From an uncultured virus (IMG/VR IMGVR_UViG_3300021091_000050) (lineage: Duplodnaviria > Heunggongvirae > Uroviricota > Caudoviricetes), in IMG/VR virus record IMGVR_UViG_3300021091_000050: DNA of 64,000 bases; one strand, given 5' to 3'. How positions within the stretch are numbered: position 1 is the first letter of the stretch; each line of letters starts with the position of its first letter. The notes beneath the pieces are model-generated. The model saw only the letters and a program-made list of their open reading frames with translations. It searched no databases and was not told the DNA's origin. Shown in pieces: positions 26,448 through 36,479 of this stretch. Both the position numbers and the translations under genes were made by a program.

Positions 26448-26801
26448 TTATCCTTTCTGAATAAGCCATTTACCCTCATCATTCTGAACAATTTGAATTG
26501 ATGTATCAATTTGCAAATCAGCAAGCAACTGCAACTGATAATCAATCAGTTCTTTTCTTTTTTCACTATCAAGTACAAGATAGAACTTCTCATTATCAAA
26601 ATCAAAGAGAAAACCATCATTTAATGATTTACGAATTGCATTACGATTCCAACTCATAAGCAACTCTGTGCCTTTGTCATTACCCCAATAATTTCTTTCA
26701 CTCAATGGAGTATCAAACAAACTCTTTGTCTTTTTCTTTGCTTTGCCACGCCGAATAAGTTTGTCTTGTATTTGAGCAAGGTTTACTTTTGTGTTTTCCA
26801 T
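26448..26801 (-). CDS. hypothetical protein, homolog of family A
   Basis: KVNLAQIQDKLIRRGK matches KVNLAELQGKIAKKGK. Confidence 0.7.
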   Translation of the reverse strand: MENTKVNLAQIQDKLIRRGKAKKKTKSLFDTPLSERNYWGNDKGTELLMSWNRNAIRKSLNDGFLFDFDNEKFYLVLDSEKRKELIDYQLQLLADLQIDTSIQIVQNDEGKWLIQKG

Positions 26802-26802
26802 G

Positions 26803-27261
26803 TTACTCACCAGCCTTTTGATTTTCTTCAGGAAATTCATTACTTGAAGTCAAGTGACTTGTAATATTGATTACTTCATTACCAATTTTAGCAATGTTCA
26901 TTGTATTTATACACTCACTTGCAATAGCACTAGCAGTATGTTTTCTGCGAGGACCAAATGAGGATTTAGAATAACGACTGCCATCTGGATAACCAACGGG
27001 CAATACTTTAACATTCTCATCATCATTTGAAATGACTTGTTCTGTAAGGTTTGCTAGACTCAATGCATTAAGGATAATACCAGCATTGAATGTATAACCA
27101 AGGTTTGTGTAAACCTGATACCATTCGCAACCATTATCTAGCATTGCATCTACACGAATGACAATACCATACTCATTATCATCGTCAGAAATGTCAATAC
27201 CAATAAGTTTGTCACAAATGACATTATACTTGGACTTTGAGTTTGCATTACGATTACTCAT
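26803..27261 (-). CDS. hypothetical protein, first gene of the accessory cluster
   Basis: 152 aa, downstream of strong promoter. Confidence 0.7.
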   Translation of the reverse strand: MSNRNANSKSKYNVICDKLIGIDISDDDNEYGIVIRVDAMLDNGCEWYQVYTNLGYTFNAGIILNALSLANLTEQVISNDDENVKVLPVGYPDGSRYSKSSFGPRRKHTASAIASECINTMNIAKIGNEVINITSHLTSSNEFPEENQKAGE

Positions 27262-27344
27262 AGAACCCCCGTTCTAAATGATTTATCTATGGATTTGCAA
27301 AACATTATCATTTGGGTATCAAATGATACCCCAACGACCCCAAA

Positions 27345-27373
27345 ATAGTATCACAGTCGGGTTCCAAAGTCAA
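27345..27373 (-). promoter_or_regulatory. sigma70/SigA-type promoter TTGACT-N17-TACTAT
   Basis: Near-consensus with extended -10 TG in an intergenic gap. Confidence 0.75.
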
Positions 27374-27643
27374 GCCAAATTGAAACAAACCAGAAATTTT
27401 TTTTACCCTGCAGGAAACTCTGCATTATTTATTAGTGAGAATATTAACGAGCTAATAAATGATTTGGTGGAGCTTCATGATCGCTCAAATAAAAGATTGC
27501 CAAAGAGCTTGATAATCGGTTGATAAATGATTAAATAAATAATTTACGGGGCCCTATTTGAATTAGATTTATCTTAATTTTTAGTATGCAGTTCACAAGC
27601 CATACACACTTTTTATGTAAACCTGATTTCCAAACACATTTCA

Positions 27644-28513
27644 CTATTTCTTTCGTTTATTTTTTTTCTTCGGAAAAGAAGGCGCAGGCTTGTCTACATT
27701 ACCTTTTATTACATTGTCTTCAAGAAATGTAAGCATTGTTGCTTTATATTTCATCCTGCCAATATGAGTCATTTCTATTGATGGATCAACCCATACTTTA
27801 CCACCGATTTCTTGCCAGTATCTACAAAATCCATAATCTTCAGAAAGAAAACGATTCTTCACAGGTTCAACATAAGAATTGAAAAAAGCATAAGACCAGT
27901 TTTTTTCTTCTTCTGTAAGCGAACCAGTATCGTCACTATACTTGAGTTCTGGATACTTCTCAATCATCTTTTCAAAAACCGATCTTTTAATAAGCATAAA
28001 ACCAGTTCCTGCATCATAAATCTCTATAGCACCATTATCAACATTTAAATTAAGATTCTCTACGCCTGCAACCGGATTAACAACAAATCTCAAACTTCTT
28101 TCTAGCAATTTATCTGCCGGAATACCGCGTTTAACATTTGCTTCAACACGATTCCAAAGGACATCTTTTATTGGATACGAGCCAGTCATTATCTCTTTAT
28201 TATGCCATAAAAGTTTTAAAATATCTTCTGGTGAGAAACCTAAATCAACATCAATAAACATGATATGAGTAAACTCTGGGTTAGCCAGAAATTTGGCAAC
28301 TATGTTGTTTCTAGCTCTATTTATAAGAGAATCAGAAATTGTTGCAACAGAAAAAGTCAAGCCAATTTCTTTGAACATCATTGCTGTTCTCATCATTGAC
28401 ATAAAAGTAGGTTCTGTAATTAGTTGATCATAACATGGCATTGCAATCATTGGATGCCATGATTTGATTTGTTCATTTGTAATTTCAATTTCTTTTTGTT
28501 CAAAAATTGTCAT
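27644..28513 (-). CDS. glycosyltransferase (GT-A fold)
   Basis: RARN, FIDVD (DxD), GTGFMLI, SEDYGFC..W...GGKVW.D; start revised to MTIFEQ. Confidence 0.8.
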   Translation of the reverse strand: MTIFEQKEIEITNEQIKSWHPMIAMPCYDQLITEPTFMSMMRTAMMFKEIGLTFSVATISDSLINRARNNIVAKFLANPEFTHIMFIDVDLGFSPEDILKLLWHNKEIMTGSYPIKDVLWNRVEANVKRGIPADKLLERSLRFVVNPVAGVENLNLNVDNGAIEIYDAGTGFMLIKRSVFEKMIEKYPELKYSDDTGSLTEEEKNWSYAFFNSYVEPVKNRFLSEDYGFCRYWQEIGGKVWVDPSIEMTHIGRMKYKATMLTFLEDNVIKGNVDKPAPSFPKKKNKRKK

Positions 28514-28527
28514 ACCGTGATTATACA

Positions 28528-28564
28528 CAAAAAAAAGGCCCTGCATTGCTGCAGGGCCTTTTTT
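28528..28564. terminator. bidirectional intrinsic terminator
   Basis: A-tract GGCCCTGCA-TTGC-TGCAGGGCC T-tract. Confidence 0.85.
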
Positions 28565-28577
28565 GTTTACTTCTTTG

Positions 28578-28922
28578 TCAGGCTTTTGTCTTGACGTTTG
28601 TCTTGACGGACTTTATATCCTTTGCAGTAACTGCAACATCTGCCTTCTTGTTTCCGTTAGTCTGGACTTTGAAAAACAAAGAATTAGTCTTGCGGTCAAA
28701 GTGAATAGTAACCTTAAGATTAAGCTTCTTTGCTTGAGCACGAATTCTCTGCTGGAGAGAGTTGAACTTTTTGCCTTCTTGAACATTTTCAATTTGAAAT
28801 GCTTCTCCATTTTTTGAAGATGCAGTCAAAGAGTCAATAATCATCTGCAATTCTGCACTGGTTCTACCAGTACGGGTAATTTCAGGAAAAGTATCAACTT
28901 TTTTGATGCTCATTGTGGACAT
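28578..28922 (-). CDS. small basic protein, possible nucleic-acid binder related to family A
   Basis: LQQRIRAQAKKLNLKVTIHF resembles HRQRAFSVAKQLQIEIRVIW. Confidence 0.75.
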   Translation of the reverse strand: MSTMSIKKVDTFPEITRTGRTSAELQMIIDSLTASSKNGEAFQIENVQEGKKFNSLQQRIRAQAKKLNLKVTIHFDRKTNSLFFKVQTNGNKKADVAVTAKDIKSVKTNVKTKA

Positions 28923-28997
28923 TTTTGGCTCCTTTATCTTTTATGTTTTGGTTTATATTTTTGTTAATTGTGGGTAGAGACACCCTTGCAGTTACTA

Positions 28998-29025
28998 ACC
29001 CTAGCACCTACGTTCGCAGATGCAA
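28998..29025 (-). promoter_or_regulatory. putative promoter TTGCAT-N16-TAGGGT
   Basis: Intergenic, extended -10 TG, upstream of 28922. Confidence 0.45.
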
Positions 29026-29054
29026 GTCGAACAGCAAAATTATTTAAAAAATTA

Positions 29055-29270
29055 TTATTCTTCTAATGTATCTATTGAAGATTCTTTTGAATACTGAACA
29101 AAATCTCTTAGCTTATTAAAAGAAATCTTAAGTGCAATATTTTCCATCATTAATCTAGAGTTAAGCAGCAACAATTCGTTTATGATTTCGTCTGCTGTCG
29201 GTGACAAATCTTCTGTTTTATTTTTATTATCTGTTTTATTGTTATTAGCCATCATAGCGATTCTAACCAT
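29055..29270 (-). CDS. hypothetical coiled-coil protein
   Basis: Follows terL. Confidence 0.55.
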   Translation of the reverse strand: MVRIAMMANNNKTDNKNKTEDLSPTADEIINELLLLNSRLMMENIALKISFNKLRDFVQYSKESSIDTLEE

Positions 29271-30991
29271 CTTTCTATATCGTTTGCTCCCACTTGCTTT
29301 TTGCTGTAGGCAGGGGTCATGTGTTTGACAGAACCATTATACAGGTTGACATTGCCGAATTCTGGTATATCTTCATCAAATTCATAGTCAAAATCTGAAC
29401 CAAGGATTTCTATTGTAACTTCTGATTCAACTCCAATATTTTGAATACAATTGTAAGTGGCACCAGCAAGAGAGTCGGCTAAATCTTTTGAACCAGAATT
29501 CGGGTGATCGATTTTATTATTAGAAAATAATCTAAGTTTGAGCAGTTCTTCTTCAACAAGAAGTTCACTCCAATAACCCCTAAGTCTTGTATCATAAATT
29601 GATGTCATTAATGTGTCATAATCTGTTTTTTTAACGCTATGGAAGTCGGCATTGATGCCTTGTGCTCTTAAACTTTGTATCATTTCAATTGACTGCCATC
29701 TATCAAATGTTACTAATCCAACATCGAATTTACGGCACAAATCAACAATCATTTGTCTTACAGAAGCAAAATTAATTTCTTCACCTGGTTTAGCTTCCCA
29801 AGAATAAATTAAATCAACATTTACAACAGGAAGATTTTCTACACCCATTGATGTTTTAACTTCTTTTAGTCCTGAACAATGAACCATACATAGAGCAGAT
29901 CTATCTCTTTTAAATCCAAGATCTATATGTATGAAACGAGTATGAGCATCTTTGTTATTAAACCACTTTTTAAAATTGCCCTCCTCGTCTATTGGGTCTT
30001 CTCCATAAACAAAAGCTTTTCTCACAAGATCCGCATCTCTAAAATATGCGTCTTCCATATTTGGTGGTTCACATTCAAATCTTGCTTTTGCTTCAATTGG
30101 ATTTCTTATGTATTCAGATTCTAATTGTTCTCTCTCAATTGTTGGATTCACTTCCCAAGTGGCAGCTTTTATAAACCAGGTTTTTGGTTCGTTCTTGTCT
30201 TTTGCACCAAAATATCTTTGCTGAATAAAATCACCTTTGTATCGCGGGAAAGAGAGCAAAATAACTTTGCCCACTTCTGGGAACCTTGACATTACAGATA
30301 ATTTACTCATATTATAAATAGCAGAAGCGGAGCCTTTAGATCTTGTATCTCCTCTTACTTCGGCATCTGTTTTGAATGCTGATATCTCATCCAAAATAAT
30401 TGACATAACTTCATAACCTTCCCATCCTTCACTTTCTGAGTGACCTGAGAAACAACGTACTGGTCTAGAGAAAAAGAATATTTCAGAAACACGTGGTTCA
30501 AAGCCAACCGAATTGAAATATGGTGAAGAAAGTAGTAGATTCTTCAACGGCTCAAAGAACACTCTTTGAGCTTGCTGTGCGTTTACAGCAAGATTTAACA
30601 AATCAATATAAACACCTTTAGCTTTACCAAAATAATTTAAAGGATCTCTAAGACAATGAAGTTGATAGGCAGTATACGCAATAGATATTCTGGCACAGTG
30701 GTCTTTGCCAGAACCTTTACCTAACATGCAAATTACTTCATTGTCTGTATATTCTTTATAATATTCAAACCCCTTTTTTTCTCCCATTATTTTGGCCAGA
30801 GTAGGTGCTTTAAATATTTGAGTGCTGTGACGGACAATCTCTAATTGAATTGGCGATAGTGGAGGTAAACCTAAATATTTTTTATCTGTTACAAATATTT
30901 CAATTGGAACAGGTTCTTCAACTAATTCATCTTGTTTTAACAATTTATCAAAATCATCAAAATTTAAATTTATACCAAGATAATCAGGCAT
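29252..30991 (-). CDS. terL: terminase large subunit
   Basis: GKGSGKD Walker A, IILDE Walker B, HIDLG and KDLADS nuclease motifs. Confidence 0.9.
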   Translation of the reverse strand: MPDYLGINLNFDDFDKLLKQDELVEEPVPIEIFVTDKKYLGLPPLSPIQLEIVRHSTQIFKAPTLAKIMGEKKGFEYYKEYTDNEVICMLGKGSGKDHCARISIAYTAYQLHCLRDPLNYFGKAKGVYIDLLNLAVNAQQAQRVFFEPLKNLLLSSPYFNSVGFEPRVSEIFFFSRPVRCFSGHSESEGWEGYEVMSIILDEISAFKTDAEVRGDTRSKGSASAIYNMSKLSVMSRFPEVGKVILLSFPRYKGDFIQQRYFGAKDKNEPKTWFIKAATWEVNPTIEREQLESEYIRNPIEAKARFECEPPNMEDAYFRDADLVRKAFVYGEDPIDEEGNFKKWFNNKDAHTRFIHIDLGFKRDRSALCMVHCSGLKEVKTSMGVENLPVVNVDLIYSWEAKPGEEINFASVRQMIVDLCRKFDVGLVTFDRWQSIEMIQSLRAQGINADFHSVKKTDYDTLMTSIYDTRLRGYWSELLVEEELLKLRLFSNNKIDHPNSGSKDLADSLAGATYNCIQNIGVESEVTIEILGSDFDYEFDEDIPEFGNVNLYNGSVKHMTPAYSKKQVGANDIERWLESL

Positions 30992-31030
30992 TGCAATAGT
31001 TATCCTTAAAAATATAACATGTAAAGGCCT

Positions 31031-31088
31031 TTTTTGACTTCACAAATCCTAGGTAAAGACCGTTTTTGACTTCACAAATCCTAGGTAA
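31031..31088. repeat. 26-bp perfect direct repeat x2 (period 32)
   Basis: TTTTTGACTTCACAAATCCTAGGTAA at 31031-31056 and 31063-31088. Confidence 0.9.
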
Positions 31089-31110
31089 TGGCAAAAAAAT
31101 AGGTCTCAAA

Positions 31111-31692
31111 TTATGAATCATCATCGACCTCATCTACATCAATTGGTTCTTGTTCATCCATTATTTCAAATGCAATTGCCAATTCTTTACGAACTTCTTC
31201 TGCAACTTCTGGGAATTTAGAAATAACATCACGCAAAACCCTTGAAAGCACTTGATTAACATTTTCAGCCTTTTGCATCCGACCAATGTATTCAGCATCG
31301 GAGTTATTTCCTCCCATTAATTTATGCAATTGGGCTTTTTTTGTAGCAAGTTCTCCAGCAAGTTTAATTGCTTGAATTCTTGCAGCAACCATTCCGTGGT
31401 CAGTTGCAATGTTAATTGTTTCCCAAGCCTCTTTGCTCAATTCATCAAATTCTTTAAGAGCTTTAATTGTATTAAACTGTATTCTTTCAAGAAAATAAGG
31501 GTCTTCTTCTGCTTGCCTGCTAATTATTTTTTTATATTCTTCAATATGTTCTTTGACAGCATCAACATTGATTGACATTAAAGAAGCAATTTCATGCAAC
31601 GAATATCCTTTGACATGCATTAGGCCAACATCTTCAACATCTTTTATTTTTTCAATTAAATTTTTACTTTTTACTTTTTCAATATCTGACAT
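31111..31692 (-). CDS. HTH/coiled-coil protein, candidate terminase small subunit
   Basis: KGYSLHEIA HTH; directly upstream of terL. Confidence 0.55.
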   Translation of the reverse strand: MSDIEKVKSKNLIEKIKDVEDVGLMHVKGYSLHEIASLMSINVDAVKEHIEEYKKIISRQAEEDPYFLERIQFNTIKALKEFDELSKEAWETINIATDHGMVAARIQAIKLAGELATKKAQLHKLMGGNNSDAEYIGRMQKAENVNQVLSRVLRDVISKFPEVAEEVRKELAIAFEIMDEQEPIDVDEVDDDS

Positions 31693-32738
31693 ATTCTGTC
31701 GTAATATTCCTTTGTTATGTTTTCCCAAGACCATTGATCAAAATAAGAAATAGCATTGTCATATGTAAATTTAGAGATTTTATCGTAATTATTAATTACA
31801 TACAACATTTTATCACACAAATCATCGAAATTTGGCAAAGCCCATTGCCCACAACCAGCATATATGCCTGACATTTTATTTGTGCCCCATGAATAATCTA
31901 AAGGAATTGATAAATGTGCATATTCAGTACAGGAAGTAGCGTTTGTACAAATTGTAGGAATGCCTTTAGCAATCGCTTGAAAAGGCAACATACCCCAACC
32001 CTCACCGCTAGTTGGATAAATCAAACAGTCTGCTTTGTCGTATATTTCAGCCAATTCTTTAATTGAAACATCTTTTTCAATAACTTCAATATTTGGATGA
32101 TTGTATATTGAAACCATTTGCCCAGAAGAGTCGTAAAGACGAGCGTCGGGAGCATCTGTGCTTTTATAGATTAATTTATACCGATCATCTTGACCAAAAA
32201 GTTTTACAAATGCATTTACCGCAATCTGGCTATTCTTTCGTGTTGATGGAGAGCCTATGCTAAGAAAAGTAAATTGATAGTTTTTTAATTTTCTTAAAAC
32301 TGGAAAAAAGAATTCAGAATGAACTCCTAATTTAAAATTGTAAACATCTTTGTTAACACCAGAGTCTATAAAAACATCTTGGGCCCATTTAGATGTAGTC
32401 CAAATTTCATCCATTTGATTCATTCTTTCAACCCACTCCTCTGGAAGGCGGGTCGTTTCCCAATAAGTAAAACCAACATTATGGTTGGCTCCACTTGCAT
32501 AATCAAGCGGAAGTTTGTTATTTATTAATAAATCACAAGATGTATCTAAATTATTTTGTGATTCGTACAGTAAATTTATGCGATTATCTAAACAATGCTG
32601 AATGCTTGGTGGTATTGCACAGTTTCGTTCAATATTTAAACCAAGAGATATAAGATTTTTATAAATTTCGTCTGTTGAAACTTTATATCCTTCATTGCGA
32701 GTTTGTGTAGCGCTTATACTATTCCATATAATTTTCAT
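31671..32738 (-). CDS. glycosyltransferase family 4 (GT-B)
   Basis: RKN; D..IYPTSGEGWG...QAIA.G.P.I. Confidence 0.85.
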   Translation of the reverse strand: MKIIWNSISATQTRNEGYKVSTDEIYKNLISLGLNIERNCAIPPSIQHCLDNRINLLYESQNNLDTSCDLLINNKLPLDYASGANHNVGFTYWETTRLPEEWVERMNQMDEIWTTSKWAQDVFIDSGVNKDVYNFKLGVHSEFFFPVLRKLKNYQFTFLSIGSPSTRKNSQIAVNAFVKLFGQDDRYKLIYKSTDAPDARLYDSSGQMVSIYNHPNIEVIEKDVSIKELAEIYDKADCLIYPTSGEGWGMLPFQAIAKGIPTICTNATSCTEYAHLSIPLDYSWGTNKMSGIYAGCGQWALPNFDDLCDKMLYVINNYDKISKFTYDNAISYFDQWSWENITKEYYDRICQILKK

Positions 32739-32740
32739 TA

Positions 32741-33496
32741 TTATTCTTTTGGATCAAATGCTAGGACTTTACCGCCCTCGCCAGCAGCTTTTTCTAGTTC
32801 TTCAATTGAATACCCATGTTGTTTAGTAAATTCAACACGATAATTAAACCATCCAGACGTTCCAACCCAAAATTTTGGATCAGTATCTTTTGCCAATTTT
32901 TCCAATTCCTCCGATTCTAGAAGAAAACTAAGAACGCCAAGAGGCATGTAGAGCGTCATATCATAATTTTCATGTTTATCTTTTGCATAATTACGAATTA
33001 TATCCTGGAATTCTTTAACTATTTTTTGGACAGGCTGGCCAGAATAAAAATCAATATTGCCATAAGCATTTCTTTCTCTTGGGCAATAATTATCAACTGG
33101 AGTTACTGTGCCAAAAGAGCGACATACAAACGGCCTAAAGCCATATATGCTACACCCACCTTTATAAAAAGCACAATATCTTTTAGATTCACCACCAGGC
33201 TTCCATGTGTCATCATACATAGCTTCTTTCAAGGAAGTAACAACATCATCCATCCACTGGTTTGCATACTCTTCGTTTTTATCTTCTACATAAAGATAAT
33301 ATTGCTGAGTGAGTCTAAAAGCTATGTTTGCACATTCAAACATAGGTATAACTAAACCAATATGACAGCATTCGCCAGAACCAAGGCACTTGTATTTTGT
33401 TTGATTTTGTTTAGCCTCAATAATCCTGATTTGATTATAAATCATATCAAGCCGTGTAAAATTTACAATATCATTAGCAGTAACGCTTCTTTTCAT
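32741..33496 (-). CDS. YkgJ/CxxCxxCC-family putative Fe-S or Zn protein
   Basis: C..SGECC; CAFY..GCSIY..RP..CR.F. Confidence 0.75.
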   Translation of the reverse strand: MKRSVTANDIVNFTRLDMIYNQIRIIEAKQNQTKYKCLGSGECCHIGLVIPMFECANIAFRLTQQYYLYVEDKNEEYANQWMDDVVTSLKEAMYDDTWKPGGESKRYCAFYKGGCSIYGFRPFVCRSFGTVTPVDNYCPRERNAYGNIDFYSGQPVQKIVKEFQDIIRNYAKDKHENYDMTLYMPLGVLSFLLESEELEKLAKDTDPKFWVGTSGWFNYRVEFTKQHGYSIEELEKAAGEGGKVLAFDPKE

Positions 33497-33792
33497 TTCC
33501 AGTTCCCAAAACCTTTTTTTCTTACTCTATTGAGTTTTCTTTGTTCTCTTCTTTTCTTTTCAACTTCTTGTTGCATTGGTGATTTAGGCTTTCTTAAGGA
33601 AGTTGAAGAAAGATTTCTTCCTTTTCCTCTGTATTTAAGTAAATCATATTTTTTACACCAGTTATATACAGCTTGTGGAGTAACTTCAATATTATAAGTC
33701 TGTTTTAGAAGTTTACAAATATCTGTAAGATTCATTCTTTTCTGAACGTAGTGTTCGTATAACCATGATTTATCTTTATAAACATCAGCCAT
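33493..33792 (-). CDS. HTH DNA-binding protein
   Basis: WLYEHY, VTPQAVYNW, basic tail. Confidence 0.65.
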   Translation of the reverse strand: MADVYKDKSWLYEHYVQKRMNLTDICKLLKQTYNIEVTPQAVYNWCKKYDLLKYRGKGRNLSSTSLRKPKSPMQQEVEKKRREQRKLNRVRKKGFGNWK

Positions 33793-34363
33793 TTTGTGTT
33801 TTCCAATACCAGATTGCTATACCTACTGCGTCAACAATATCGTCATCACCAAAGTCCAACTCATCCGTGTTAAAGTATTCTTCAATTATAACACGAACTC
33901 TTCTTTTTCTTTCTTCTTTTTTTTTCAATTCAATATTTTTTTTACGACCATCATTAGATAAAATTTCTTTATCTTTTGTTGTTAGGTTTTTATAACCAAC
34001 ACCACTTCTCCAAACTAGAGGACTAACATCAAAAACGCGCTTGCAAGAAAGAGAAGTAATACCCCAAGTGTAGCCAATAATATAAGAAAGAAGCCTGCTG
34101 GTTTGAAAATTTTGAATATAAACTGATTGCTCTATAATACAAACATCTGGATTATATAATTTACAAATACCGGAAATACCTATTTTTATTTGAGAAAATT
34201 TTTCTTCAATTGAAGCACTTTTTAAAAAAGAAATTTTATCAGATTTAATCAATCTGATTTTTTCCCCGTCGCGTTCTGTAATGCACCAAGCAAGAGAGTG
34301 TGAAGCTGGATCAACGGAAAGAATACGATTAACTTTGTCTTTTTTTAAATAACCCAAGGCCAT
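33785..34363 (-). CDS. ruvC: RuvC-like Holliday junction resolvase
   Basis: LSVDP, IIE, DD..DAVGIA. Confidence 0.8.
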   Translation of the reverse strand: MALGYLKKDKVNRILSVDPASHSLAWCITERDGEKIRLIKSDKISFLKSASIEEKFSQIKIGISGICKLYNPDVCIIEQSVYIQNFQTSRLLSYIIGYTWGITSLSCKRVFDVSPLVWRSGVGYKNLTTKDKEILSNDGRKKNIELKKKEERKRRVRVIIEEYFNTDELDFGDDDIVDAVGIAIWYWKTQNG

Positions 34364-34365
34364 AC

Positions 34366-34674
34366 CTATACTTCGCCTCTAAGTTTTTTTTCATCCCAAC
34401 CCCAAGAAACAAGTCTTTTTATATATCTCTCTTGCTTACAGGATTCACAAACATCTTCTTTATTATATGAAGACAATATAGTTGTGCAATTTTTTGTCTT
34501 GCATATTCTTTTTTTATTTTTATTATTTTTTTTTGCGTGATAGGCTTCAAGTAATTTTTTGTTAGTTACAATTTTCCTACATTCTGCGCTACAGTAGATC
34601 GAGTTATATACTTTTGCTATAAAAACTTTACCGCAATCTTCGTTTTTACAGAATCTTTTCTCTTCATTGAACAT
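34366..34674 (-). CDS. Cys-rich Zn-finger protein
   Basis: Multiple Cys pairs incl. YCSAEC. Confidence 0.65.
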   Translation of the reverse strand: MFNEEKRFCKNEDCGKVFIAKVYNSIYCSAECRKIVTNKKLLEAYHAKKNNKNKKRICKTKNCTTILSSYNKEDVCESCKQERYIKRLVSWGWDEKKLRGEV

Positions 34675-34692
34675 TTAAATATTTTTAGCATC

Positions 34693-35442
34693 CTAGAAAG
34701 ACTCTTCATCCGATACTGAATTAACTCCATCTTCACCCCAACACATATTTGCAAGATCGCAAGCAACACAGTTAGCAGACGATCTCTTATATGGTTGTTT
34801 AGGTATTTTCTTATCCAAGAAGTTAGTATAGATTTTACTATACTTAATAAATAGTTTACCAATAAATTCGTTGTCGCGTTCTATATAAATGGGTAAAATT
34901 TCTTGATTATTCTTATTCTCATAAATAACATAACCACTTGGTAAGTCCAAGCATTTCATATATATTTGAGCCTGTCTATAATGCTCATCTTTAGGCTTAT
35001 TATACAATTGCCGATAATGGAAGCCTTCTGAAGAAATTGACTTAAGCTCAATTAATTTATGCCCATACCAGTCAATTATTCCGTCAGCAGTCCCCTCAAT
35101 CGGAGGATTCTTATAAGTAATGGGAATTTCTTCATCAACAAGAATACCCATTTCTCTAAAATAACCATAAAGCCTTTCATGGACAGCGTGACCATTGTCA
35201 AAAATACGGTATGTCTGGGGCTTAAAAGAGGCCTGAACATCTGCGCCTTCAAAAAGATAATACCAGTATCTCGCACATTGGTTTGTATAACTTGGATGAA
35301 ACCCATTTACTTTTTTATGAGTTACGATATTCCTTTTAATCAAATGGTCATCAATAGCGTCCTGGAGTGATACTTCTATTTTTTGTTCTGATATTTCGTC
35401 TTTAATTGGATTTTTTAATTGTTTAAGAGATTTTAACATCAT
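34693..35442 (-). CDS. Cas4-like PD-(D/E)XK exonuclease
   Basis: N-terminal C; G.A.H; GTADG; ELKS; QAQIY; C..C.....C. Confidence 0.85.
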   Translation of the reverse strand: MMLKSLKQLKNPIKDEISEQKIEVSLQDAIDDHLIKRNIVTHKKVNGFHPSYTNQCARYWYYLFEGADVQASFKPQTYRIFDNGHAVHERLYGYFREMGILVDEEIPITYKNPPIEGTADGIIDWYGHKLIELKSISSEGFHYRQLYNKPKDEHYRQAQIYMKCLDLPSGYVIYENKNNQEILPIYIERDNEFIGKLFIKYSKIYTNFLDKKIPKQPYKRSSANCVACDLANMCWGEDGVNSVSDEESF

Positions 35443-35753
35443 ATAACCTTTGCTGCTATTTTAAGTGCGTTAATATTCTCCAATAGGGCTTCATACATTG
35501 TTTTCCATACGTCATTTACAAACTTATCTTGTTCTGACATAGAACTAGATTTACGTTTAAAAGCCTGAGATTTAATAATCATCATAGTTCTGTAACCAGA
35601 AAGTTTATTAAGATATTTAATTGCTTGCATTCCTACATAATGCTCTGGATGGTCAATAATATCTTCAATTATTTTTATGCATTCAATAAATTCTTCTGCT
35701 CTGTCTCCCATTTGTTTAGAGAGCCATTCTGTATCTACAAGAATATCTGGCAT
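35439..35753 (-). CDS. hypothetical protein
   Basis: GGAG RBS; operon packing. Confidence 0.7.
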   Translation of the reverse strand: MPDILVDTEWLSKQMGDRAEEFIECIKIIEDIIDHPEHYVGMQAIKYLNKLSGYRTMMIIKSQAFKRKSSSMSEQDKFVNDVWKTMYEALLENINALKIAAKVI

Positions 35754-35768
35754 CTATGTCTCCATTTT

Positions 35769-36068
35769 TTATTCATATTCTGATCCTTCAATAAGTTCTT
35801 TTAAAACATTCCAATCAATAATTCCAACCTTTATATCGGAATCTTCGCCTAGAACAACGGAAATAAGGGGATGTTTATAATTAGATTTCCAGGCATCTTT
35901 GCGAAGTTTAATCCATGCATCCCTGGTAAGAGTAAATGTCTTGCCATTATGTTTATAATCAATAACAAACTGATTCATTGTTGCATCCCCTTTTTTAAGA
36001 CCCCTGCCTGAATTTTTTACAGGTTTAGCACGATCACGTTTGGCTTCTTCTTTTTCGGTTCTTTTCAT
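35769..36068 (-). CDS. small PD-(D/E)XK nuclease/resolvase-like protein
   Basis: NSGRG..KGD, IDYK. Confidence 0.6.
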   Translation of the reverse strand: MKRTEKEEAKRDRAKPVKNSGRGLKKGDATMNQFVIDYKHNGKTFTLTRDAWIKLRKDAWKSNYKHPLISVVLGEDSDIKVGIIDWNVLKELIEGSEYE

Positions 36069-36190
36069 TTTAATTAATTTCTGTATCTGAAGATTTAGAT
36101 ATTTCTTTATGAAGTTGATAAATATTATATGTGACCATTACAACAATAGATATTATTAGTATCAATAGAATTAGCATATATTTAACCTTT

Positions 36191-36472
36191 TTACACTGTA
36201 GAGGCGTACTTGTACACCGCTTCCTTTGCCCAAAGATAAGCATCTCCATTTTTTTTAATTTCAATATTTTCATATGGAACAGCTATTCTTCGGTATAATT
36301 CCATTTTAGCGCATTCAATAGCGCCAATAATTGAATTGATTGTACTATATGACAATCCTTTTTTTTCAAGGTAATCATCACATAATGCAGTAATTATAAA
36401 ATTCAATTCTCCTTCATTTTCAACACCTCTTTCTGGGATTTGGTGTCTAATTTCTTCTTTTATATAAGGCAT
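36191..36472 (-). CDS. conserved hypothetical protein
   Basis: MPYI, GELN, ELYRR..PYE. Confidence 0.75.
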   Translation of the reverse strand: MPYIKEEIRHQIPERGVENEGELNFIITALCDDYLEKKGLSYSTINSIIGAIECAKMELYRRIAVPYENIEIKKNGDAYLWAKEAVYKYASTV

Positions 36473-36479
36473 AAAACTC

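Noticed and set aside
34693..35442. CRISPR adaptation Cas4
   Set aside because: Solo Cas4-like nucleases are common in phage recombination modules; no cas1/cas2.
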